Below are positions 22,701-35,997 of a stretch of 64,000 nucleotides of DNA, piece by piece; the first letter of the stretch is position 1; every line of letters begins with the position of its first letter. The translations under genes and the position numbers were made by a program. This stretch comes from Phoronis australis. Taxonomy: Eukaryota > Animalia > Phoronida. Under the pieces are notes generated by a model. It saw only the letters and a list, made by a program, of their open reading frames with translations, made no database searches and was not told the DNA's origin. The stretch covers positions 36,790 to 100,789 of the forward strand of contig NMRA01000736.1 in NCBI GenBank assembly GCA_002633005.1. Reading direction: 5' to 3'.

Positions 22701-25700
22701 NNNNNNNNNNNNNNNNNNNNNNNNNNNNNNNNNNNNNNNNNNNNNNNNNNNNNNNNNNNNNNNNNNNNNNNNNNNNNNNNNNNNNNNNNNNNNNNNNNNN
22801 NNNNNNNNNNNNNNNNNNNNNNNNNNNNNNNNNNNNNNNNNNNNNNNNNNNNNNNNNNNNNNNNNNNNNNNNNNNNNNNNNNNNNNNNNNNNNNNNNNNN
22901 NNNNNNNNNNNNNNNNNNNNNGAGATAATAGTTTTCATCTTAAATCTTCTTATTCTTCACCTTATTAACCCGCCGTATCACTGTATGTTATGGCCGCCAT
23001 TCTACCTCTACAATTCCTGGCAACAGGCGCATTGTAATCCCTTGTCGGCGAGTCATAACAAGCGACGAAAGCAGTTGTGGGAAAAGTCGTGTGAGAAGTT
23101 TGTGCTGCCCTTATTTCGGTATGTGTGCCTACGTTTTGTAGGGTTTCCAAAAGACGAGGAGTGGAGGGAAGTTAAAAAAAGTTCGCTTCACTGCCACGTA
23201 CATTTCTCATCATAACTTAGTCATCTATAATTCCTCAATCCCCAAATGCAATTCCAGATTTTGTTTGCCGATTTCTAAGTAGACGTCTCGTCCCGTTCAC
23301 TGCCACTGGTGAACTCTGAATGCCTGCATAAGTATTGTTTTTTAACTCACGTGCCAAATGTCAACTCACTTGATACATCCCGGTAAAATACAAAGATACA
23401 GTATCAAAGTTTGATATCAGCGTAGGCCTACACAGCAATGGGTTTTATGACAAGACTAAATTAGAAACAGAGATGTGGTGTGATAAGCTGTTACATATTT
23501 CTTAAGACTTTTCGGGACTGGGTGAGTAACTCAAGAAGTAAAGCTTAATGATTGCCAAACGTATCAAAGAAATGGCATAAGAATATTCATTGAAACTAAA
23601 AAATGAATAACAGTTACAGAACACTCAGAATTCCACGTTATAGACATACTCTTGTAGTTGTAGCGACAGCAGACGATAATGTAGGCCTAGTTCTTGGGGT
23701 GGTCTATTCCAATAGGGAGCGATGAATCAGCGCGGCTTTGCGTGATTTTGCATTTCACATCATAAAGAGTTCCATAGCAACTCGAGTATGAGTGTCAGAT
23801 TTGAGTACGTTTGGAGTCTACTCAAAATACGACATTAGATACGCTTTTTTGAGTACGACTCGAGTGAGCACAATTTTGAGTATGAAATCTCGAATATGAG
23901 TATGAGTCTGAGTACGGAGATTGGAAACCGGGCCCTGGAATGTATAACGACACGACGTGTTAATGACACCGAGTACGTATTTTTTTTGATATTACATGGG
24001 GTAATCACAAAGTAGTGAAAAGTAGAAATCCATACGCTTTACATTTTATCGTCCACAAAAAATTTAAACAGCCAAACACGCTCCAAGCAAACAATGTTGG
24101 AATTCCGGTGTTGCAACTATACGTACTGCCAGTAGGAACGACATGAAAACAACTTCCTAAACGGACCCAACGTCGGCGTCGAATTCCATACCCACGTTCA
24201 TTCAAAAACAGACGTGCCCCAACTCAAAAAACGCGACGAGTGTCCAGCTTGAGTTTTTCGGCATAAAAGAGATCTTTTTTGCGTTTCATGTGAGAAAGAA
24301 ATCCTACACTCGTCTCAGATTTATGACGGGCAAAACCTCTTCGAAATTTCGTCAAAATCCCGAGACTCGTGTAGGATTCTCCATTTATCACAATGTCATG
24401 TTGTTGAAAGAGTAATCGGTAATGTGCTTACGGGAACTGAATGCCCGGGTATTTCGGTGTCTCCTTCATCGAACCTCCCAATCCTAGGTCCTAGGATCAC
24501 AGCACCAACTAGCGCAGCGGTACCACCAAGTAGATGAACCACACCACTTCCACCAAAATCCTGAAATAGACGATTCAAAGATCCCTATACCGCGGCATAC
24601 ATGTACCTATCGTGGTCAAAATTAATCCTCATACTTCAAGTAGTCAATGGTTCTTCAGAGACTGACGCTCTCCAACTGTATACATGTTGTATTGTCCACG
24701 AAATTCTCTTGTCAAATCTACCATTGCATCAATGAAACTATTTGTTTTCAAATACCTGAAATGGAACTCCATTGATTCCCTTTTTCAACCAACCTTCCGG
24801 TGACCAGGCCCAATGAGTGACTACAGGATACATAAAACCTGTTTAAATGTACAAATGATACAATGTAGCCATGTAGAAACATCAATTGACTTTTCTTGAT
24901 AATGTGTATCATTTCCGTTCGTACTTGACCATTGCTATCAACAACATGATCATCTCATAATCACTGCCAGCAATATGTAAGCGTGAGGAGATTGGTAGGC
25001 ACAGAAACCGCAAGCGAATTTAGGGGATTGGGGATGGCATCCGTCCTTATGGAGACGACCAAAATAAAAATTTAAAAAATGGGAAAAAATACGCCACCAG
25101 CATGCTGGTTTCATCGATTTCACGTTCACATATGTGGTTGTCGCCTGTGAAATATGCAGTATTACGTCCACTAGTCGAACTATTGCCACATACATGACCA
25201 AGACAAGAAAGATTATTTATCAGGACTCGTTATTCAGCGATAGCATACAGAAGACCAACATATAATTGCAGAAGTCCATGGCGATAGTAAACCTGATTTT
25301 AAATCACGTCTTTTGCTTCTTTCCAACCTAAAACTGTCACTAACCTGTGATCATAAAACTGTAGATCAAATAGGCGACGAATTCACACCTCTCGGCAACA
25401 GCGCCAGACACGATGGTGGCGGCGGTGGCGGCAAACACGAAATGGAAGAAAAAGTTATGATACGTGTCATCCGGCATGTTGGCGCTGAACCAGAAGGAAT
25501 GGCCGATGAAGGCGTTTCCTTTGCCAAACCCAAAGCTGTAACCAACCGCCCAGTAAGCGACACCTGCAACCACTAAAAGACAAAAAGACTGAATGCAACA
25601 AATGGTTAAATACAAGGTGGTTTTCCTATAGATGAGAATACATGACGCGAATGTTAATTCAGCACTAGCGATATCAAAGACTGAGTAACCAAAACAATCT

Positions 25701-25880
25701 ATGGGACATCGACAAAATTTATACGGTATACTGTGGAGGAATGGTGAATTGCAGGCCCATTCCAGATTCTGCTCACTTTAATTTGAAAACACTATTTGGA
25801 TCCATCAAGTAGAAAATAAATCTGAAACTAAGAGAGGCGATCCACATTCTCTAAAAGATATTATTGTTGGACGAAATGTA

Positions 25881-25951
<71 letters not shown>

Positions 25952-28900
25952 TGTATAAAACAACAGGATTAGGATTAGACCATTCTTAATAAGAAATAGC
26001 TGCATTCACGAAGAACAGAATTGGCAGTCGCCGATGGGTTTGTGGGCGAGATGTAGCTCGTTAAGGCTAATAACCACGAAGTCACAAGGCCTGGACCTCT
26101 GAATGTGTAGTTAGTGACGGATTTAGAAGGGGTTCAAGGGGGCCATGGTCCCCCCTAAAAATTTCCCAGATTCCATTTGGCAGTTCGGGGTTGCAAAAGT
26201 CTGACGGGAAAAATCCTGGCTAATACTCTGCGGTGGACCCCCTAACTCAAAATTCTGTATCTCCCAGGTAGTTATTATATAAAATTTATGATTGTAAAAC
26301 TTACTACTGTCTAAAATGTTCTTGATCAAAATGTTAGTGGTATTCTTGCTTCGCACGGCACCACACTCCAGGAAGGCGAAACCACATTGCATGACTGAAA
26401 AATGAATTAGCTTTAGAAAACAATTTGTGAAGTCGAGGTGTTTAGTGCAGTGATGTACTGCACAGTGTCATACTGTAGTAACCTAGTAGTAATTAGACCT
26501 TCCAAATGAAATAGGGAAGCATTTTACGTTATTCACAACCTTATGTAAATGTATGTAATATCACGGGCATCTAACAATTTATTATTTTAAAAGACTTTTT
26601 CTTATTCAAATGACAAAACCAAAAATTCACTTTCGATCCTCAAAAGTGGAACACCTATACTATTGCTACATCAGGTTCCATTGCACCAGTCTCCACCAAA
26701 TTATAAAATGCATTAAAACGTGCACGTCCATGCTGGTAGTTCCCATTCTTTGAGATTGCTATCAGATTTGAATCATATACATACACGCACTGTGGTGTTC
26801 CTTTACTGCCGCTTCGTTTTTCCAAGATGAACTTGAGCAAGACAAAGTTTATAGGTACACGTTATTTATTCAGAAAGTTTTTTTTTTGAAAATCCTAAAA
26901 GTTTGCAACCACCATCGCATGAGTGTCATGAAGCACGTACCAGTATGTTATTCTTTGTGCACACCGACTCAGTTATTGTCTCAAAACAACTGTTGTGTAA
27001 CGGGATTTTTGGAGTAGGAGCAACGTGTTCCTTAGTCATTTTTCATGAAAAGTGCGATACAATACTAAGGCGGAGCATTAAGGACAACTGTAAAATGAAA
27101 AGCATAGCCGATTATCTCCTGATAACGACTTGAGTATCTCGTTATAATGAATAACTATCTTGTTAAAACGACTTGCTATCATGAAAACGAGATACTATCT
27201 CGTTGTAACGAGATGGCTGAGTTGCTATGGCGAAATAGTCTCGCGTTAGCTAAGTCGTTACAACGAGATATTTTGCCGTTATAGTCAAGGAATCGACCAT
27301 GATTCGCCAAAGTACGACACACGCGTTCTGTCTTAACGGGCATTATATTGAAACAGAATTTATAATAAGTTTGAGCAAAATGGCGATATCTATACTGAAT
27401 TCAGTGACAGCGTCAACATGCTACCTGGGAATTTAAGCGGCTGTGAGTCAACCGAGGCTTCTAGGAAACCGGACTAACAAACTGTTGGTTGTCTCTCCAA
27501 ATACATGCAACTAGGCAGTTATTTATAGAAGAGGCTCGCGCATCATTTTCTATCACACTCGCTTTTCTGGTCTACGATGTTGACGAAACTCTCGCTTGCC
27601 TTACATGTAGGTACACATGTATTCGCGGTTTCCGTAGGGAAACTGTTAAGAAGATACAGTATTTAGTACCCGCTAATTGCGTGCTTTGTTAACTGACGGC
27701 TTGGTTTCACACTTAAACCTTGATTCAACCCAACATTGCTGCTGTAGGATGTTCGGTGACTGTAGCTATCACCCTGTCTAATTTGTGAACATTGTAATCT
27801 TCTTGTTTTAATCTAGCAGTATGAAATTTGAAGCACTGTGTTCAGCTGCAATGTCGTACATGTAGGTGAGACAAACAATTTTTTATAAGTATTTATCAAT
27901 TATAATTCCAAATTGACAACATCAAACGAAGTCAAACGTGTTGCAGCCGCACAGGCAAAGTTCACATCATTTCCCTAATGTCTATATCCATGGCAACGAC
28001 GATTAATTAAAATGAATGAGCAATGACTTTAATAATCAAGAAATGATAAAGTGTCAATAAAATTGCTACTTATATCAATATCAACGTCATTGAGATTATA
28101 ACGTGACGCATAAAGTACCCAAGTAAATCTTTTAATAACAAAAATATTTTGCAAATCTGGTTGCTAATGTATTCTGTGCATATTTTCCGTGAATCAAAGA
28201 AAATCGCTTCAAACACAAAAACATTCACTGTAAACACACCGGAAATTCTTTCACTCAGGTAATTCTTGACAATTTAATTGCACTCACGTTTAAACAAAAG
28301 AAAAAAGTTCGCGTTATTGTCAGTGGTAATACGACATCAACGTGATATCGAATGTTTCGAGAATCGAGTCTACCTTTTGTCACTCCAATCCCAAGTTAGG
28401 GTGGAATTCACTGAAACATTGCGCTTTTAGACTGTCATCACTTTTAGGGAAACGCGTATCTAGAGGAGAGACTGCACCGAAAATTTTCATGGCGTCAAGC
28501 ATTTCCTGGTGTTGAAAGATATCTAAAGGTACCCGCCACTATTTGCCACCTTGAAGGATTAAGTAATTACGTCTGAAACATTGTTTCGCATCCGGCTCCC
28601 AGATTGTGAATTGCAGAATTTCATTCGCTGTTTCTGCTCCATAATATTATGAACAAACCTCCATGGGAGGCCAACTTCACTGACATCGGTGTCGATGGTG
28701 AGGTGGTTTTATTCTTCACAGAAATGCTGGTGCGTGTCTGTCGTGAACAACCCAATCAAATGCACCAAGGATTGCAACAGCAATAAGAACGATAAACAAC
28801 ACAAAACAACCACCACTTAGCGTTAGAAAATATTGTCGATTATATATTTGTGATAAAAAATGACAGCTTGTCATTGCTTTGGGTACATATTCGTAGGCCT

Positions 28901-30207
28901 CCTACTTAAGGCTGCAGACGATAAGCCCAATATACTAGAACGGTCTCGGATCACATTGTGGCAGTTTCATCTGGCTGTTATTGCCCAAAATGCCATTGCA
29001 GTTCTTCATGTTAATTTTTGGTGCCTTACTATTTTCATATTTTTTTTTTCTACTGCAAGAACTGTATTTGACGGCCCCACGGGTAACTAGGCTGCAAGCT
29101 GGTCTCATGAAGATCGGTAGATTGGCGTATCTACTTTTCACTGTGTTAAAATAATGATAATGGCAAGCATTTGTCGGTAACTAGCTGATGTGCGTACAAT
29201 GTACGGTATCCATGCGACTTGTATTGTTACATGTATGTCCAACGAAGACGTAACCAATGAGCTGGTATAGCTCATTGACATAACCAAGGCAAACAATGGT
29301 AATGTTTCATAGACGATAACCATGCGACGCGCTTACACCCGTCGCATGGAAGTCGCAAGTTAAACAACAGCGTGCGTCCTCCATACCACATGGGGCGTCC
29401 AATGTCTGACGCTTTACTGGTAGCAGGGTGCGTACCGCAACCTTTACGGCAGTGAGTTGGGTGAACTTCATAACTATGGCATATTTTCCAACATGATTCC
29501 TAGAATTAGCCTGACATTTCTGCAACGAGGCCAATGTTAACAACGCGTTTTACTTCCTCCAGGACGAAGAAAATTTCCATCCGGGACCACCCTATTATGA
29601 GAATTCGAACTTAAACTTAAACTTAGGAGTAAATATATAAATTGTAATGCACTGTTCTCCCTGTATCTATTCAAATACGGCGGTGCATGGTTGCTAAATG
29701 TTTCCGAGCCCTGTTTAGACACATTGCATAAAGTATGTTTAAAAACGTTCTGTTACGTTTAAGAATCTCAAGGCTTGTTTGAAAACCTAGATTCTTTATC
29801 CTCTAGTATTGCACGATGACACATACATTAACATGTAAATCCCATCCATTACTGTCCGTGAAATTTGCAGTGTCATGCGCAACAAGTGAAAATAACCAAT
29901 TTGTCGAAAAATAGGACACGGAACACAGCGTATCTTTGGAACCACGTTTGGCTTTTTGCATAGTGAGAACAATGGTAACAGCAGTTGGATTGTGTCGTGC
30001 ATGATAATATCTGAGCCCGCTCCAGGGCACCTACCAAATCACAAAATACATAAAATCAAACGGAAACTTACGGAAGATAATTGAAGACATTACAGTGACG
30101 AAAAAGACGTCATAGTTATGTTTTATGTCTGTTATTGCATCTCCCTGCGACATCACCAACTTCTCCAATTGGTCCAGGTTAAATTCAGCCGTTTCGTTTG
30201 CGACCAT
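19692..30207 (-). CDS. Amt: Ammonium transporter (Amt/Mep family, animal Amt type), spliced; middle exons missing at the assembly gap
   Basis: Exons 30207-30072, 26394-26305, 25572-25345, 24838-24756, 24560-24432, [gap], 22072-21851, 20286-20164 and 19771-19692, all GT-AG with compatible phases on each side of the gap. Motifs [72 protein letters not shown] and [22 protein letters not shown]. Both pore histidines are present. Confidence 0.95.
20164..20286 (-). CDS. Amt: Amt exon (conserved cytoplasmic C-terminal region)
   Basis: ttctag acceptor and gtaggc donor. [41 protein letters not shown]. Confidence 0.88.
21331..21581. mobile_element. Small MITE-like element in an Amt intron
   Basis: Imperfect inverted ends tacatgcgcacaccca / tgggtgtacatgta, with a G/C-run subterminal region (gggggaggggggggctcg...cgatcccccc). 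Confidence 0.45.
21851..22072 (-). CDS. Amt: Amt exon (second pore His, last transmembrane helices)
   Basis: ttatag acceptor and gtgagt donor. [16 protein letters not shown]...[41 protein letters not shown]. Confidence 0.93.
22176..22921. other. Assembly gap (746 N)
   Basis: Run of N. The three long X-filled ORFs over it are artefacts. Confidence 1.
23697..23937. mobile_element. PIF/Harbinger-like MITE with internal GAGTA-type repeats
   Basis: Ends ggtctattccaat and attggaaaccgggccctg. The interior is rich in gagtatgag, gagtacg and tactc units. Confidence 0.45.
24297..24380. repeat. Inverted repeat (about 29-bp arms, 21-nt loop)
   Basis: aatcctacactcgtctcagatttatgacg ... cgtcaaaatcccgagactcgtgtaggatt. 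Confidence 0.8.
24432..24560 (-). CDS. Amt: Amt exon (DFxG signature and first pore His)
   Basis: tttcag acceptor and gtaagc donor. [43 protein letters not shown]. Confidence 0.95.
24756..24838 (-). CDS. Amt: Amt exon
   Basis: aaacag acceptor and gtattt donor. [28 protein letters not shown]. Confidence 0.93.
25345..25572 (-). CDS. Amt: Amt exon
   Basis: ttttag acceptor and gttagt donor. [23 protein letters not shown]...[36 protein letters not shown]. Confidence 0.95.
25883..25949. repeat. (AT)n microsatellite, about 33 units
   Basis: Uninterrupted AT dinucleotide run. It is the source of the spurious IYIYIY ORF. Confidence 0.98.
26305..26394 (-). CDS. Amt: Amt exon
   Basis: tttcag acceptor and gtaagt donor. 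[29 protein letters not shown]. Confidence 0.95.
27112..27283. repeat. Degenerate minisatellite of self-complementary ~21-bp units (TATCTCGTTATAACGAGATA-like)
   Basis: Units include tatctcctgataacgac, tatctcgttataatgaa, tatcttgttaaaacgac, tatctcgttgtaacgagat and taagtcgttacaacgagat. Confidence 0.75.
30072..30207 (-). CDS. Amt: Amt first coding exon
   Basis: [45 protein letters not shown] plus 1 nt, gtaagt donor, joins in frame to LMQCGF. An acceptor (ttgcag) at 30230 implies an upstream non-coding exon. Confidence 0.85.
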
Positions 30208-33200
30208 TATAGCAATTTATTTCGTTAATCTGCAATACAAAACCTCTTAAATTATGCCCGTAAATGTGAGCTACAGCGATATCCTCTCTAAAATACAGCA
30301 GCCCGTCTTACCAAATCCTCCTCAGTTTCACAAGATCCTCCATGTCTGTGGATCCTGCATTCCTATGTCATGTCGCAAATAAGGAAACAGTTTCACACTA
30401 CAATCAATGGGAGACGAACCAAAAGACTGGTTGTATAAACGTCAGACCATGAACCTTTAATCTTTAGGGTGCCACTGACTTAGTGCCCCGGCGTGCGTTC
30501 AGTAGCGTTAGAACCTATGCTGTTACCTAGCTACAATCTAGTCAAAGTCACGTGTTCTCCTTTAAAGTATACGCCAATGCCTCACGTAATCTCACGAAGT
30601 CTTGCTTTTTAGCGAGGTCCTAGTATTACTAAAGGGGAGGATGGTGTGTGTATGGGTGTTTGCAGGTCCATGCACGTAACTCAAAGCTGCAATTAGCTCA
30701 GGTTACCTGGCTAAAACCAAAACTTGAATTAGACCTTCACTCCAATTAAATGGGTCTCACAAAGTTCGTTGTAGTGATAGGCTGTTTTAGTTGTTTTATA
30801 GTGAAGAACAATTCAAACCATCAGCGGATCAATGAAGAGATAGAGAACTTATTGAGGCTGTAAACCCTAAAGTTAAAGTCCTAAGATGTCACATGTACTG
30901 ATTACCTTTAACTTAAGTTGGTAACGAAAATAGAATACTATCACGGTATGAAATAGTGCAGAACGATTTTACGCGAATAATTGGTCTAATTAAGTTTTGT
31001 CTGCTAACCAGCGTAAGATTCTGCTTTGATACTGAAACAAATAGTATTGGGTTCACTTGCTATGCGACTATCTCACAAAGCGTGCCTGGAAGACTTGCAG
31101 TTGTGAGAAAGCTGAAACTTCCACCTATCACTTATTCTACAAAGTAATATCCTTACAGCTCAGAAAAAACAATAAGTACATCGTAATCGGAGTCAAATAT
31201 TTTCATGAAAGTAGCTGGTAATTATCAGTATTAATCTCGTACACTGGTTTTCAGACGTTTTTGTAATATATTTTACATCTCTCAAGGTGTCATACATGTA
31301 TCTGTGGACTTCGAAAGTTGCACGCGTCAAAATCGGGGCTTGTCTACAGTACTTGTTCAATCTGGGGTTAGCGTTCCGTGAGTTGTAGTGCAAACGTAAT
31401 TTTACAAAATCATCCGAACACGACAAATTCTTCCGTCGTTCCCCAAATCAGCAACACACATGTCCAACACCAGAACGGTGTCATCCCGCAACCTTACCTT
31501 ATACGTCCTGTGCCGAGCCGAATCTGGCAATTGTTCAATCCAATTCGAACGGTAGTTAGCCTGGAACAAAATAGAAAATGGCCTCCTAAGTCTCCATATT
31601 TGTCGTCTCGCGACTTCTGTTTGGGGGTGCCCTGCTAGACATAGTGTATCAGACTCCTCCAAACGACGTGAAGCAGAGGCCTCAATATTCTAGCACGATG
31701 ATTTCATTGCAATGTTATCGCTGGGTCCGAATGTGTGACTGGTTGGTGTGGACATTTCGAATTGAATTAAAAAACACGAATAAAATTGTACATGGATTGA
31801 CTAATAGGCCTGAAAATGCCGAGCTTGTCAGCAATCTTAACTTTGTTTCCGTAAACGAATTAGAGACGTTTCTTGCATATTTTCTAAAGGACGAAATGGG
31901 CAAAACCAACTATGGGTGACCATCTCCGAAAAATCATAGAAGTCATATTATTGAAAATATAATTCCAATGCTCAAAAACGGCGCAAGAAGAATTCAGTTA
32001 TCATTTTAAGCTGTCCTCACAAATCTCCGTTGGCCCAACTACAATGCATAGGCAATCGACTAGAATGCCATTACTTTTGGGACACTACACGTTGTACATC
32101 GACGCTAAATTGCTTTGCTTGAATTAAGATATTACAACGTTTTATTAGTGGGAGCTCACCAATTGGTATGTGAATGTCTAAATGTCATTTGATTTTTTTA
32201 AAATTAATGTCGATTATTAAACTTAGAGTTGCCGAATCCTTAGTTTTGAGAAGCTTGGGTCGAATTGAAACTAGGCGACATTTTACGCAAAGTTTGATTG
32301 GTATTGTTTCAGACTTTTGGGGGGACTTTGATTGCATGGATCTTATCATTGTTGCTGTTATAGTATGTTTTCGCGCGCGGCGTTGAGCATTGTCTACATC
32401 CGGTCGAATAATCACGACTCGTTTGGAGGTATGACAAACAAATATCTGTTTAAATTAAATTTCTACAGTCTTATTTGTTTAACTCGGAGCCACAACAAAC
32501 CAACCCAAAATTAGATCGTAAGATGGTAAAAACAGAAGTTCATTTAAGGGTGCTAAGTACATGATTTGACAGATAACAGAATTTCATCATTACGGCCTAA
32601 AGTTTCATTTTTGCATTTCGTGTAGTTTCCTCTACTTCCAATCATCAAAGTTTCACATAGTCTTCTGAAAGCATCATGCTAGTGTTTTGAAATGTAATTA
32701 GCACTTTACAATATTTTACCATCAAAAATGACTATTTTTAGAAAAAATGCTCTAAAACATGTCTTTTTCATTTTTGCGAATATAGACTGTCGACAAATAT
32801 TCGACAAAGTTGTGGATTACTTGTGCAGGGTAAGTATAGAAAGAAGATAGTTCTTGATCGTTTTCCTTTCCATCAGCTGCATTTTTCAGTATTTTAAAAG
32901 CAAGAGGGGCGGTAATTCTCCCATCTATGTCGGTCCATAAATAACTATAAGGTGAAAAAGCGCGGCACGCAGTTTTTCTTCTAGGCCGTACTAACTGATT
33001 GGCACAGAATGTTTTGGAGATAAGTGCAAACCCAGAATACGTGTAGGTATGCCGAAAACACGAACAGGGACACTTGTATACGCGACTGAAGTCGAACGTG
33101 TAGGCGGCGGCGTTCAACTCATGGGCGGCGCACCATAGGCAGCTGGGGGCTATCGTCTCCCACTTTTTTCAGTGCTGCGCCTCCCATGAAACTTGGTAGA

Positions 33201-35997
33201 TTTTTTCTTTAAATCAACCACTTTCTGTAGCAAATTGTGAGACATGTTACTGAAAAAAGCATGTGTCGCATGATTATGATCTATGTGGCCGTTAACAATC
33301 CAATTTTTTTTGTAAATTTCTTGTGGAAACCACTGCCGATTAATACTGGCCAGCCGGTGGGCTGGGATTATCAGTGTAACAAAGACTTGCTGTGACATTC
33401 ATGAGACGGCTTTGAAGTCTGTATTTATTTAGAACTGATCGTGTACAATTTGATTCAGATCAATATCTCAACCACAGGTATCACATTGTGCTCAAGACAG
33501 GAACAGGCTCAGATCTGACGGCCGAGAACCTGTGGACCTTGACGGATCGCTGTTCCCAACTTAGGGTCATTTTAATTTCGTTTGTCATATATGGTCGCAT
33601 AGAATGCAAATTCCTCTAAACAATGACTCCGTTAAGTTTTACCAAAGCAAGGCAACTTTTACAGTAGTAAATATGCATCATGTTCTAGACAATGAAAGCT
33701 AACAATTCGAAAGTCAATGTATTCTAAGCCAATACAAATGCCCTTGTTACTTTTCATGCAGTAAACCGTAAATGAAATAGTCCAGGAATAATGTCGAATA
33801 GTTTTGAAACTGAACAACAACGTAAGGAGTAACTATATGCATGATCCATAAATTAGAACTTTAGTAACGTTTTTTCTCGAATCAGTTAAGTCCAACATCA
33901 CCTCCCCCTGTTCTATTGACGCGACTGCCTCCTTGGAGTTTGCTATTTTCTGATATTTCCTTGAATTTATAGTTGCACAAAGTGTCAAAATGTTCTTTTT
34001 TTGTGAATATTTATTACAAAAATTACTATGTGCTCAACAGTTTAGGTCAGAAACCGCTAGACAGCATAGTGCTTTTTCACTGATTTTGTTGCTAGCCCTT
34101 TGTTGCAGCGGCCACCACTTACTCTGCACACGACAATACTACCGTGTCTGACTAAGGGGAGCCCGATAACGCCAGGACGTGAAATGCACCCACATACCGA
34201 AAGCGTTTAAGTACGTTATTCTCCCAGCATGTATCGTTTCGGCATTTACTCAGCGTTAAGAATGAGTTTTGCCCTTGGCTAATGTTTTGATGTTTTCAAG
34301 CCTGACTTATGAAATAAAACTAATGTAATGGAGAGATTGCAGAGGGCGCAATCTATGTTCCAGGCTTATTAGCTGCAATACAACAGTTTTGTGTCGATGT
34401 CATTGTACCACTTTATGTTGTTTGGTCGAGACAAGGTACTTGTATGGTGCGTCCGAAGGCTCCGGTAATTTAAGGACGTGTAAAAATAGCTGTAATTAAT
34501 AAGTGGCAGTGGAAAGGGTAAAAAAAATTGCTGTTCAAAAATACTTAAACTTCAATTGTCAAATTGGCACGTTGTCTATTGAGAGGCGTCTTTAAATATA
34601 TTTTTTTGTGAAAAATTAAACAAATCAATTGTTCACTAAATGTTTTTAATCAAAGATCAACCAAAATATAATGACGAATGCCCAAAATGTCAACTTTACG
34701 AAACCTAAACGAACATTTTGACCTATTACATGTAAGTTGGTATGAATCAGAACTTGTTTTGACAGAAAGCACGCTGGATTAATGCCGCTGTAAAAAATAA
34801 TGGTTAGCTTCGAACTCACCGTAAACGACGTACAGTGTTTCTTTATGTCCTCAATGTCTCCCCGGTCCTTTGTCTTGTGTACGGTTGACATGTAAGCGTT
34901 GAAAGTGACTGCAGAATCGCTGAGCTTGTCTTTATATCTTGAGAAGTTGCTTTGCCCGCTAATACCTATTCAGTCGAGGAAGAGACAACAAATCCTTAGA
35001 AAAGTTTGGTCGAGTTCAATAACGCAAATACCACGTGAAAAAAACCAGGATTTCGCGAGATTACGCGAGATATTGCAGTGTATTTTCAACGAGACCATGT
35101 GATTATTATGGCTTAATATTTCACGCCGCGACCTATACCTGGGCTGATTGACTTGTCATCATTCTGTCACGTGGTTACGCTGCGTTGTTGTGCCATAGGT
35201 TAAGAAGGAGACTCGACAACACCTGAGCTTTGTTACTGCGTCACTAGGCACTAATGAATATCTCATAAAAGCGATACAGTTTAGCGAATTAGGTAAGATA
35301 TAAAGTAAATGAAAATCGGGAATAAGCAGTCGGTTTAGGTTGCCACCGACGTGTTTCTGAGGCTATTCCCTAAGGCGAAACTGTTTTAAGAGTGACAATA
35401 CTGGTATCTAAGGTTGGATACGTGAGCGGATCCAGGAATTTGAGTCAGTGATGTCCAGGATCACTGACGTAATGTCAAAATGTTTTCACTTTCACGTACG
35501 TGACAACACGTCGCAACTGCCTACGTGTACCTTGGTCTGACATTTTATCGCTTAACACTAATTTAACTCGACCAACAAACTATGCGTGCTTTTTGGACTG
35601 GATGATAATCTGGAAGCGTAATACGTGCATTTTCATCCAAAATGGTATTTTTACCAGCAAGATCCCATTACTTCTACATCGGAGGTGGAAATTTTGCACA
35701 ATGATACTAGAACATTCTAATGCCGTATTCTATCAGCCACACCCATTTCAACACTAGAACTGGGAAGAAAAATGATCCTTAATTCTAAGAAAAGTAATCG
35801 AATTATTGAGCTTAAGACAATACAGCCTTTTAATCGAATAACATCAACGATGAAGTACCACAGGGTAGCGTATTAGGCCCCTTTCTCTTTTGACTGTACA
35901 TCAATGATCTTTCAGACACAATAAACTCTAAAACATTCTTATATGCTGATGACACTGCAATTTTCTACCCATTCTCAAAAGAGCAGCCCCATGACTC

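Noticed and set aside
22110-22968. Three 263-272 aa ORFs
   Set aside because: They are made almost entirely of N translated as X, so they are gap artefacts.
24005-24205. Hydrophobic - strand ORF as a candidate missing Amt exon
   Set aside because: It lacks the FGxxxFNxGS motif and I found no fitting phase-0 acceptor.
25313-25576. + strand ORF with a GGGGG stretch, and a - strand ORF with PPPPPP
   Set aside because: Both are antisense or off-frame shadows of the Amt exon 25345-25572.
25805-26005. ORF with a long IYIYIY run
   Set aside because: It is the translation of the (AT)n microsatellite.
26112-26250. GC-rich GGCGGAT...GGGGG motifs here and near 33122, 35424 and 43260 as regulatory elements
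   Set aside because: They resemble single ends of the CAGTGGCGGATC-type MITE class, and partner ends were not found.
27112-27283. CRISPR-like array of palindromic repeats
   Set aside because: There are no unique spacers and no cas genes, and the context is a eukaryotic intron. It is a minisatellite.
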